This document shows positions 1 through 12,100 of a DNA stretch of 64,000 nucleotides, in pieces. Below the pieces are notes generated by a model. That model saw nothing but the letters and a program-made list of their open reading frames with translations. It was not told where the DNA came from and searched no databases. Numbering within the stretch: position 1 is the stretch's first letter; the number at the start of each line of letters is the position of its first letter. Source of the DNA: Hemiscyllium ocellatum (lineage: Eukaryota); contig NC_083405.1 of NCBI RefSeq assembly GCF_020745735.1, forward strand, positions 60,974,345 through 61,038,344, written 5' to 3'. Position numbers and translations under genes: made by a program.

Positions 1-36
1 AAGAGCCTGTTTGCGCTGTATTGTTCTATGTTCTAT
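1..36 (+). mobile_element. 3' tail of a CR1-clade LINE
   Basis: gcctgtttgcgctgtattgttctatgttctat, the same tail type as at 60541-60567. Confidence 0.6.
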
Positions 37-551
37 CTGCTGCATGTGTCTCATTTATAGCTACCTTTTCAGGAAGTCTGTAGTCATGATATGTCACACC
101 TTTAGTTTCTATGGCTAACTGTGGGAGTTGTTATCTGAGACCACAGACTCTTTGCAGGCAGCTGTCCACTTGCCTGTCCTGGATGTGTGTCTGTCTCACT
201 TTGCCAGTGTCTGCCTTCTAAGCATTGTCATACTATCTTGTCAAGATTTGTTGGCTAATTTGCCATTCATAATTTTGGTACACCGAGAAGATGCAAAGCA
301 TCCATGCTACATGAGGTGAAGCCTTAGGATCTTCACTTAGCCATCAGCTAAATCATCAACGCACATAGTGAAGAGATAACATCATAAGAATACCTGACAA
401 ACTAAAATGTTACAAAGTGAGGCAACAGTTACCAAAATGAATGTTTGAGTTACAAATGGGAGTACATGTATTCTTTTGAATTGCATTTGATTTGAGCATT
501 TTTATTTTAGCACGATTTGTTCATTGGAGTGATTAATAATGTTATTCAAAT

Positions 552-762
552 AAAAGCAAAGAGCTGTGAATGCTAGAGATCAGAAATAAAAGCAGATTGC
601 TGGAAAACTCAGCAGCTTTGGCAGCGTCTATGGAATGAGAAACGCAACTAGTGTTTAAGAGTTGGTTCCAATGGGTCATATTGGACTCAAACTGTTAGTT
701 TTGTTTCTCTTTCTCAGATGTTACTACACCTAAGGTTGTCCTGCACTTCGCTTTATTTCAGA
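552..762. mobile_element. Decayed palindromic Penelope-derived element
   Basis: tgctggaaaactcagcag...ggcagc arm with a decayed inverted arm; resembles 35441-35652. Confidence 0.5.
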
Positions 763-839
763 ATGTTGTCTTTAACCACGTTCAACTGAAAAACTACTGT
801 TTATTATCACTGTTTTAGCAGCAAACTGCTTTTCTGACG

Positions 840-1025
840 CCCCTCTCTCCTTCTTACCCACCACTTTCCTCTCCTACCCTTTTGTTACTTCCATCTGACC
901 ATCTGGCTCTCCCATCCCACCCTTCTCTGATCCATCTCATCTTTTCTCCCATCCTCTTCCCATTCACCACATTTCTCCACCCGTCCTTTTCTGCTCACAG
1001 CCACCCTCCCAGTGTCCCTCTTCTA
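840..1025. repeat. Pyrimidine-rich low-complexity tract
   Basis: Strongly C/T-biased on the + strand. Confidence 0.7.
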
Positions 1026-1122
1026 CTTGCTAACTCTTTGCTTACTATCGATGGAATTTCTGGCATGTTGACTTTTCACCTACTTTAAATACAACCACAA
1101 AGTAATTACTCAGTGTCTGCTG

Positions 1123-1147
1123 TGTTGTTGTTGTTCTTGTTGTTGTT
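1123..1147. repeat. (GTT)n microsatellite, imperfect
   Basis: tgttgttgttgttcttgttgttgtt. Confidence 0.8.
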
Positions 1148-1842
1148 CAATAATTTTGTTTTATTAACTGGCACTTGTGGAACCAGAAGTGTACCGGTTG
1201 GTCAAATATTCCAATGGATCAAGAAGTCCACATAATTGATGTAAAAATGCATACTGAGTAATAGAAACATCACTGTTACACTTTATAATTTATTATTTAA
1301 CTGATTTATGCTGTGAATAATGCAACTTGTCTTAAATAAAACTTACTGGCAGAGATCCTTCTCACTCACTCTCGCTCAACTGACTGCTCGGACATCACGA
1401 AGATCGCAATAATATGATAAACCACAGATATTTCAAGGTTTTTTTTATTGCTGGTTCACAAGATGCTGGTTAAAACACAATCTGCTGCAAATATTAAGGA
1501 ACTATATGGCTGTGTCAAATGGCTTCCTACCCAGTGCTTCTGACCACCCTCTTTTTCCAAGTTATGAATTTTTATTTTATCTTAAGCTTTTGGCCGTTCC
1601 TGCGCTCTCATTTCTGTTTGTCCCATTCTGTGCCTCTTCTGTATACTTATTTTGTCTTTAACTTTTTCTATTCATCCATTTTAATTTTTTTAAACTTAAA
1701 TTTACTACTACAGAATACAAAGGGAACTCCCATATCAATGCTTTTTGAACAATTTATAGCTGTCATTTTACTTATCAACAAAGCTGCTCACTTTGTGGAT
1801 GGTTTCTGTTTGATTACATTGTAATCAGTCTTACCTATACCT

Positions 1843-2331
1843 TGTTGGGACAGATCCTCTGTCCCCATGTTCGTTTGGAGGAGAGAGACACCGGGTCTGA
1901 TTAAAAGTATAAACAGGTTTAATGAGAGAGAATCGTACACAGTACAGTGAGGTGTCTAGCTCACTGGAGAAGGCGTTCTGACTATTTTTTAATTTGTCTA
2001 TCCTTTTGTTCTTTCACATTCCAGAGTTACATCCTTATTTGGTAAAATACAGAATTTTCGTATGTCATTGGTTCTCACCTGATAACGTTCTATTACCTCA
2101 GTTTGAGCTACGTGCGTTTAGACACGGCTCTAATGTCCTGTTATCTCTCACCCTCCCTGGGGCCTCTTCAGGCTATGCCATCAGCTTTTCAGTCTGTTCT
2201 TAGTGTAACACAATGGCTTACTGTTGTCTAGTGAAGCTAACAAGTTCCAGACTTGCTAATACTACCTTACGTGAGCACTACCTAACAATAAATTTTCTTA
2301 CACTACCTAACCTTAATAATGGATCCCAACA
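1843..2331 (-). mobile_element. Solo LTR (489 bp)
   Basis: Ends are TGTTGGGA...TCCCAACA (8-bp inverted repeat, TG..CA) with a 4-bp TSD ACCT at 1839-1842 and 2332-2335. CCAAT and ATTAAA occur in order on the - strand. Confidence 0.8.
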
Positions 2332-2997
2332 ACCTGGAATCATATCTTCTGCATTTCTCCCTTTCAAATACAATGTCCTGATCTGGAAGTAATATCTAGA
2401 TACAGTTCTGAGTGTTAGCAGCCATCTGGTACCTTTTCTCAAGTAGCCATCTTTTATGCTTTTAGCCACATGAAGTATTACTTCCCAAGTAAAAACTCTA
2501 TTCAGTACACCAAACAGTACCAGCTCTCTGACTGTTCTAAAATGGTCTCCAGATATTAAGTACTAGACTTCTACTCAAATCTTCATGTGCTCTGTGGGGG
2601 GAAAAAAATGTATGACTAATTGATAAAGCCATATTTGGAATAAAATGTAGAACACAGGGAGCCAGACTAGAGGAAACTTATCTGACCAAACAACGCTAGT
2701 TTGGTGAATAGAAAATAAAATGTCTGATCTTCAAATGAAGCTTGATTTGCATAAAAATTTTTATTGTCATCTTCATATGGATACCTATTTACAAATTAGT
2801 CAAACTTCTCATTATTTGTTCTGACATTTAACTTCAGTTGTGCACTTGCAATGTCCTTTTGATAATATTTAGATGTAACTCTTGTAAGTGATCCAAGTAT
2901 TTCATTACTAAACTACTGCTTCAGTTATTCTTGTGTGTTTTGTGTTGTAATCTTTAAATCCTTTCAGAGGATTTAAACTTTTTCCCCCACTTTGCAG

Positions 2998-3137
2998 CCA
3001 GTCTGTTCGATGTGGGCAACCGGGAACCATTAACTGCAGTAATGTGTGTGATAATCTCCTAACTTGTGGGAAGCATACATGTGCCCAGGTTTGCCATGCA
3101 GGGAAATGCCAGCCATGTCAACTTACTGTTCAGCAAG
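2998..3137 (+). CDS. NFX1: NFX1 exon ([46 protein letters not shown])
   Basis: tttgcag acceptor and gtaagg donor; NF-X1 zinc finger. Confidence 0.95.
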
Positions 3138-6100
3138 GTAAGGAGCCAGTCTTCATTCCAGATACAACACTGATCCATTTTCATGAGCTATGGAAAATTT
3201 GATTGATATTACATTGTCCACTGTGGGTTGGAAATAATTAAAGTTTATTATATGTTACCTTAATTAAAAATGTTGAATAAGAAGGAAGTTACTGTTTTCA
3301 GCAAGTAGACTTTTGCTTAAGAAATAGGAGTGGATCATTTTGATGTCTTGTCTGCTCCACCGTTTAATAATCATGTCTGATATGAGATGGCCTTAACTTC
3401 ATTTTTCTGTCTGCTCCCTCTTCACTTGTTAACAAAAATCTAACTCAGCCTTGCATAGTATATGTTTAGTGGCCTAATCCTGACTGCTTGCTGAGGAGAA
3501 AATTGCAAATATTGATGACTCAAATAAGTTTGTCCTCCTTTCTGTCTTAATAGAAGATCCCTTATCTTCAAACTGAATCCCTCAGTCCTAGATTCCCTAT
3601 CAAGCCTTCAGAATCTTATACATTTCAAATAATAACCTGGCATTCATCTAAATGCCAATACGTGCCCAATCGTCGTTTCATTCCAGCATTTAGCCTAGTG
3701 AAGCTTCTGCTCTGAACGCCAATACAAATATGTTCCTCCAGTAAGGTAACACAAACTCACAAACTACTTCATACATGATCTCACCATTGCATTATAGAAT
3801 TGTTGCAAGAATTACTTGTTTTTATACTCTATCCCTGTTATCAACACCAAAGACTGCATGCCGTTCTGCGTATGCGCCAATGTCCACGCCTTTGTGCGCA
3901 CGCGCTGCTGTCCACATCAGTCTTCGTGCTGTCCTGTGCATGGGATGATGCCAGCTGCTGACAGAGCAGCTTTCTGTGAAAGGGACTGTACAGAGACCAG
4001 CTTTGTCTTTTTAAAATATGCTAAGTTAAATCTACTTTTGTTTTGTGAATAGATATGATTTCAACCCTCATTTAGACTGTGCTATGCTTTGTTATACTTT
4101 TGGTGATTTTTGAGTGATCATGAGTGATTTTTTTTTTGCTGGTCTGTCCCTAATCCAACTTCTTCCATAGGCCCCATTATTTCTGTTAAGTGATTTTCTG
4201 TTGAGCGAGGTTTTGTTGGAATGCAACTACAGCATTATAGGAGAATTACCTGTGGTTACATAAAGGGGAAGTGGATGGTCAGGAACAATGTTGTCCCATG
4301 AAAGACAGCAAGTGGGGACACTGTCAATGTCTACAGAGATTTTACAGCATTTTGAATACAGTAAAAAAGGAGAATAGTTTGTCAGAAGTCGCAAGAACGT
4401 TAATAGTAGATCATGACCAGGGACTGAATAAAGTTAATCTAAGCAAAACATCAGTAATGGAGAAGATAATGAAATTAAAAACTGACAAATCCTTAGAATC
4501 TTATGGTTTCCATGAGAGAATGTTGAAGGAAGTAGGGAACAAACTGTAGCCACTGTCAACATAATCTTTCAGAGTTCTCTAGATACGGAAGTTGTCCCTC
4601 TGGATTAGAAAATTGCACATATCACTCCATTTTTTTTAAGCAGGGTGAAAGAGAAAAACCAGGGATAAATAGGCAGACCACTAGCAAACCATGAACACCA
4701 ACTAGCTATAACCAGCTATTCCTAGTAGCCATGTGCACAGATGACAGGGACCACAAATTACACTGGCACAGCACAACAATCATAGAGCAAGCTAAACAGA
4801 AGGCAGCCAGAGAACTTCTAGAAGCATGGCACTCATCTTCAGATTCCATCAACAAACACATAGACCCAGACCCAAGATACTGGCCATGACAATGGACAAT
4901 GGGAACAGGCAATCTGAAACAGGAACAGAACCAAATAAATTAAGAAAAACTTAGAGCAGCGCTTCACAGGAGGCTCCAAAGCACTGAAGATGTCACCTGG
5001 ACAAGGAATGAAATGTCTGCAAATCAACGTCCCAGCTCAGCAAACATACCCACAACTATGACAATCGGCACCTGAGCTTCAAATCTTGCTACAAATCTTT
5101 CCACAATCCTTTGAATAAGCTGCGTTTAGCTGAAAGCAGATATCAAATTGCATGTTGTAGTTTTTTCTACGATGGCACTGTGGACTTTGAGAGAGATGTT
5201 ATTGACAGTATTGAAATAGAATTTTAGGCTTCCTAGTCAGAAACATCTGCAGTCTAAATGTATCGGTAAAGACGTTTAAACCATAGGTTTGGAGTAATTT
5301 TGAATCCGCAACCTTATTCAGAGTTCTGAATATAAGTTTGCTCGCTGAGCTGAAAGATTTGTTTTCTGACGTTTTGTCACCATACTAGATAACATCAGTG
5401 AGCCTCTGGTGAAACACTGGTGTTAGTGACCCGCTATCTGTTTTTGTGTTTAGGATTCCTTGAGTTGGTGATGTCATTTCCTGTTCTTTTTCTCAGCGTG
5501 GTAAATGGGGTGCAAGTTAATGTGTATGTTGATAGATTAACAGTTATGGAGTATAAGATCAACATTTCTATTAAGAAACATGTCGACTTGGACCCCGTTT
5601 GCCACCCTCTGTTTAAAAAAAACTGGAAATGATATCACCGCAGGAAATTGCATCACCAACCCATGGAAACCTAAACACATAAATAGAAAGTTTATGGAGG
5701 CTCACCTGATGTTACCTAGTATGATGATGAAACATCTGAAAACTAACCTTCCAGCTTAGCGAGCAAACTTCTATCCAGAGTCTGAACCTGAGCTACAAAT
5801 CTTCTCAAAACTCACGTATTTAGATAGTGTTAATCTTACGTCTGTTATCTCTATGCTAGGTCATCAGAGGAAAATTAGATTAGATTACTTACAGTGTGGA
5901 AGCAGGCCCTTCGGCCCAACAAGTCCACACCGACCCGCCGAAGCGCAATCCACCCATACCCCTACATTTACCCCTTACCTAACACTACTGACAATTTAAT
6001 ATGGCCAATTCACCTGACCCGCACATCTTTGGACTGTGGGAGGAAACCGGAGCACCCGGAGGAAACCCACGCAGACACTGGGAGAACGTGCAAACTCCAC

Positions 6101-9100
6101 ACAGTCAGTCGCCTGAGTCGGGAACTGAACCCGGGTCTCGGGCGCTGTGAGGCAGCAGTGCTAACCACTGTGCCACCGTGCTGCCCGATTGTATCGCATC
6201 TTAAAAAAAACAACTCATTGCAAACCTTAATTGTTATGAAATTGAAGGCATGTATTGTACCTTTTGAGAGAGAGAATGTTGTTCTGAACTGAGATTGCAA
6301 GCACCTCTGTACATGATTAGATGGCAGTCCTAGAATGTACTGGAAAATTGAAAATGTGTAACCTTTGGACGTGAAATGGATACCTGAGTTTTGGTTGCTA
6401 TTTTACAACAATTCGAATTTAACCAATCAATTTAAATTATGCCCCAGGATATTAAAACCCTACCGAGTTTGAATTTGCTGTTCTTCCAACATCAAACCAA
6501 TGAGATGATACAAGGTTGGGTATAAAAATGTGGACATTTTGAAAATTGGTCAGAGACCAATTGTCATAGAGAAACTGCTGGAGAGCTAATTGCCCATCTT
6601 ACGTTTTGCTTTCAAATAGATTAGAAAAACATTCTCTATCAAAGGTACCTCTTCATGTGAAACATACTAGCTGTAAAAAGAAAGACAATGATTCAGGAAG
6701 ATCAGCAGCAGGAGAAGACAAAGACTGGGTGATTTTGAGATTAAGCCAATGTAATTTTTTAAGTGTCTTATTGGAACAGCATATTTTTAGAGTTGGAGTC
6801 AAAGTAAGCAGTTAAGAGAAATGGGGGCTTAGATTTGAGAATATTCTTTTGTTTCACATTTAGAGTTAGAAAATAAATTGATATATTTTAAAATAGTGAG
6901 TTCTGTCATCTCATTTGAACAGATTGTGAAGTGAGCTTTTCTGGGTGCTTGGTTTAATTAACAAAAAAGGTTCACCTCTGTGTCATAGTTAGTTAAATTG
7001 GTTATGTTTTCACACCAGACCACACATTAGCACTGATTATACAGAATTAAATACTATAATAAAGCATCTTACAGTAGAGAGTATATTTTAAGGGAAAATA
7101 AAGCGTCAAAAATTAAATATGGAGAAATGTGTACTTGCCATCCTAAGACGACCCAAAGAACCAGAACTTAGTGTGAAGCTGATTTTATAATATTTTTGGA
7201 TGGTGTAAATGGGAAGTGCCTTTAATCCTCAGAAGCTAGGAAGTAAATGCAAATATTTTGAGAATTACGTGAAGTTAAGAGTACTTGAGCTGCAGAAACT
7301 TGTGACAGCAGTGGATATGAGATTTTTTTTGTCAAATATTTTTTGGAGAAATTTAGCCCCTGGGGTAAACTGGACACAATTCAATGAACATTCAATGGTA
7401 ACATTCAATGAACAGTCATTCCTTGTGGGATAGTGTACACTTTACAAAAAGTGTAAATAGGGGAAAAGCTGTAAGGATTGACCATATTAGCATGGAACAG
7501 TTGTTGGTTTTTTAAAAAAATCTCAAATCACCTGAGTTCATCCAAATCACCAATTATCTCTTGTTCCATCTAAGAAGTGTCAAAATATTACAGGGACCCA
7601 TGGAAGAGAGCCAATTGTCTTGTAATGCTTTATATAAAATTTGGAAAGTAATTTTATTAGTTTTAAAATGCAATTTTTGAATATATGTAAGCTTTATTTT
7701 TAAACCAGGAAATGAGTTAATTGTGTAACATGATGTTGTGTTTACAGGAGAGGGACACTCTTTGCTCAACACTTGTGCTCATATAAAGGAACACTTGGTA
7801 ACACTGGAGCCATCTGTTTGAAATATTTCTTTATGAATAAGCCTAAAACTGAATAAATATTGCCCATTACAGCTGACTTTTAGAAGTTGAACAATTTATT
7901 GGTAAACAAATTTCAGCATATGGTGTGATATAGTGCATTTTGAATGGAAGACTGAGGAAATTGGATAGAAAGAGTATAAAAGGATAAGAAAACACAAGGG
8001 ACCTAGAGTAGAGATAGTCAAATCACTAAAAGCAGGAAGACAAGTTTAGGACAACTTTTTAAAACAAACACAAACACTGGGATTAAGTTCTCAAAGAACA
8101 GAACAGAGAAAGTAAACTGAATGTGTCTTGAACTGAACCTATGAGAACTGCACATGGCAGTATACCATATCCATATTTTGGAAACAATTTTATAGAAACA
8201 TTGGAGAAGGTGTAGAAAATATTCAAGCATAATATAACAACTGCCAGGACTCCTCCTTCAGGAAAGGTTCAGGCAATAAATATAGATGCACTTTAACTAG
8301 AGAAGAACGTAAAGAAGAAATGAATAGAGGGATATAATGGAGTTAAATGAAGACAGATCATCTTTGTGGAGTGTTAAGCTGAATTAGCCACATTCAACTA
8401 GCTACCTGTTTCTGTGCTGTACATGGAATGTGACTCGGTTCTTTGGCTTTCTTGATCTTTTCACTGAGTTGTGAAACTGTTCAGTTATAGTGATCTTGTA
8501 GCATGATAGCTTATAGACTAGAAAAATACCTGATTTATGAAATAACCAAGTGATCAAATCATTATTACTTTGTCTCCTTTCTAGGCTGCTACTGTGGAGT
8601 TACTTTCCGAGAAGTACTATGTGGAACAGATAAAGAAGCATATGATGGCACTGGCTATTTTACTTGTCAGAAACAATGTGACAGGTGAATTGAGTATAGA
8701 TGTATGCTTTAATTGGTCATAGTAGATATCTTTTAAGAAGCAGTTAGTGAGACACAGAATATACTGATTTTAAAAAGCAAACATGCATTATCAAAAAAAG
8801 TTAACTTACTAAGTGAAGTTTGAGATTTCCACTGCTTCCTTGAAATGGGATTTCTCTGTTTCTTCTTCCCTTGTTCAGGTCTGAAATTTGTTTCTCTCTT
8901 TCTCTATAATGATTTCTTGGATTTTCTCTAAATCCTGGCATTCTGGGTTGCGTCTGTCTCTGTATCTCCAATTTTTGGTTAATTTCTCCTGTCTATCTGC
9001 TAAATATAATCTAAAGTAAAATAAGCACCACCTAGCGTGTCCAGTCACCATTCACTATTTTTCTCCCTCACCGAATGGATATATTTTCAAATTCACACAT

Positions 9101-12100
9101 CTTAAGAACAAAATAATAATATCCTGTTTAAATCAGTGTTTTCCAAATTTAGACCATAAGAGACATGAGCAGAAATTAGGCCCTTCAACCTATTGAGTCT
9201 ACACTGCCATTCAATCGTGGCTGATAAGTTTCTCAACCGCATTCTCCCATTTTCTTACCATAATCCTTGATCCCCTTGATACTCAACCCATCTATCTCAA
9301 TGACCTGACCTCCACAGCCTTCTCTGGGAATGAATTCCATAAATTCACCATTCTCTGGCTGAAGAAGTTTCTCTTTATCTCCATTCTAAAAAGTCTCTCC
9401 TTTTACTCTAAGGCAATGCCCTCTGGTTCTAGTCTCCTACTAATGGAAATACCTTCCCAACATCTACTCTGTCTGGGCCATTAAGTATTCTGCATGTTTC
9501 AATTTGATCCCTCCTCTCATCCTTCTAAACTCAGAGTATAAACCCAGAATCCTCAAACCATCCTTGTTGGAGCTGGGGCTAGTCAGTTAATTCTTAGACA
9601 TTTTTTTTGTGCCTTGTTGGTTAGGATTTTGGTAAGTTTTAAAAATTCTGCCCTTTGATTTGGTGTTGCTTGATCTGTATTGCTCTTCCCTAATTCCACT
9701 TGTCTGTTTCGGCTTCTCAGGAAGCGAGCCATTTGCAAAACGTTGCCAGTTGTGGCTCCATGTCAAAAGACTTATTTTAAATGTCATTTTAAATGAATGA
9801 TAAAGCCTAATGAATCTCATTAAAACAAGTAGAAAAATTTTAATGAATTTGTATTAACACTTAAAAGATCTCACTTGGCAAAAATCCAGTGCCAAATAAT
9901 ATTTTAAAAGTGAATAGAACCAAGATTCTTGGATGCAAAACCATTTTTCCCACTTTAATAGCTTCGATTGTGAGCATTTTATATGGATACTGTAAATGCT
10001 GTTTTAAATTTCTGTATTGTAATCTCACCTTGTCTTGGCTCATTATAATTATCAGTATTGATTTGTCTGTGTGCATGACTGGTACATGCTACAATAATAC
10101 CTTTTGTACCTTTATTGTTTACTTCAAAGTTTCATGGATTGTTTGCTCCCTTAGGAAACTCGACTGTGGAAACCATACCTGTTTGCAGCTGTGCCACCCA
10201 TCTGCATGTCAGCCTTGTCCTCGCTTGCCAGCATTGGTACACAGCTGCCCTTGTGGGCAGACTCCTTTGTGCAAACTTCTAGAGCTTGGTTACCCTGAGC
10301 GTAAGAGCTGCACTGACTCTATACCATCATGTGGGAAGACTTGTGGCAAGCCCTTACCTTGTGGCTCTGATGGTGAGGAGATTAGATGGCTTTGACAAGT
10401 TGTGTTTATGAACTTTTGTTTTAATTGATGAAATGAAGTTTTTAAATCATATTATTGAGGTTCATTAATAAAAATTTTAAACTGGTTCACAGCTTGGAAC
10501 AAATTCTGTGTGGAATTTGTTAGGATTATTAAAACATTATTGTGATACTTTCCATAATTTGTTAAAAATCACTAAGGAATTAGCTATTTTCAGTTTGTTG
10601 TTCATAATATGGAGAAAACTTGTTTCCAAGCTGTAAATTACTTACTGAAAACCAAGTAAACATATGCTTGTGCATTCTAAGCTATGGTTTTGTAATTTTG
10701 GTCATGTTTGCTTTTAATGAGGAAAGGTGAAGTATACTGAGACTGCAGTCATCATTGGCTTAATTTGATTGACCATCCTGCTTTGTTCGTATTTGCTTCT
10801 CAAACATAATTATGAACAAAAAACGTAGCAAATTTGAGATAAAAACAGATACACTAAATGGCTATGCATTTCTAGTATATCTGTGAAGTGAAAGTGCTTT
10901 TTAGCCTTCTCATTCTGCATGATGCCACAGAACTGTCAACAATTTGTTACAAGTGGCTAGGAAGAGAAAGAACAGAATGAGTGTGAGACTTCATAAATGG
11001 TTATAGCACCATTATTTCACCTGCATCGAATGTACCAGATCTCTGCTAGACCAGTGCACCTAGTCCCAAAGCCTTTTCCCAGGAGACGTGCAAGTGGAAA
11101 ACTGTTACATAATGTAGGCAACAATAGGTGAGTCAAGAGAAATATTGTGTAGAAGTCACTGAAGATGGAAAGACATCAGAGAAAGCTGAAAACATGAAGG
11201 AAATTGAAGATCAAACAAATAAAAACCATCTCGTAGATTTGTAATAAAATTTTGACCCAAGGCAAATGCAGACTACTCTATCTGCATAGCTCTTTAGTGT
11301 ACATCTGCAAAGTGGAAAAGCTTTTAAGTCGTCTGACTCTGCCTGCTTTGTGTTCGGCTGGCTATCTGAGTAGCAATACCCTATCAGGCCAGCTCCCTAC
11401 GATTTCGTGTGTCCGGCTGTTTATTGCTAAAATCTGAAGCTACTGGTCAGTATTTCCAACAGAGGTATTCAGGATGCCTAGAAAAAGATAAAACGCTGTT
11501 CTTTTAAACTTGGGTAGAGCAGTACTGAAAACTTGATAAGTGATGGGATAGGTGGTGGGTCTTGCTGACAGCCAATCTCTGCAGTAGTGAGCCACAGGGT
11601 ATTTGGTCATATTTACAGGCACATTAGCAAGTGTCCCAACAACATGTTTTGTGTCCTCATAGAAGGGGCTACACTATGAGCAGCAAATACAATCTAAATT
11701 CTCTTTTTCAAATCAGTTAAGTGTTTTGGACACTGCTTTCAGTTTGAATGAGGAATGGAGAAGTATTGTAATGTTCTGCATGGAAGTATCAGGGATAATG
11801 AAATGTCAGTTAAATTAGGAGAAGATCAAATAAGAGCATTCCCTTTCCAGCAGCACCCCAGGGACTGCAGCGGTACCACCACCTTCACAAGGGCACTTAG
11901 GGTGAGGCAATAAATACTGACCTGGCCAGGCACATCCACATCCCTGCAACAAATATTGAAATGAAATCCTAGATTGAAAGTTATCCCTGTAAAATAGAGA
12001 TCAGGAAATCTGTTTTGTGGAGACATTGCGAAGTATATAGTGGAGTGAATGCTAACCAATAGTGTGCAAGGTAAGGTTGCTGTTGAGCGTCTAAGAGTGG

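Noticed and set aside
4225-4253. TIR-like end (acaggtaattctcctataatgc on the - strand) resembling caggtacttcttctataatgc at ~25288, as one large DNA transposon
   Set aside because: The ends face outward, are 21 kb apart and span NFX1 exons. They are more likely separate decayed MITE remnants, and I could not define their boundaries.
6100-6186. tRNA gene
   Set aside because: The A/B boxes are the head of a SINE; it continues into a SINE core and LINE-like tail, and several diverged copies occur in the window.
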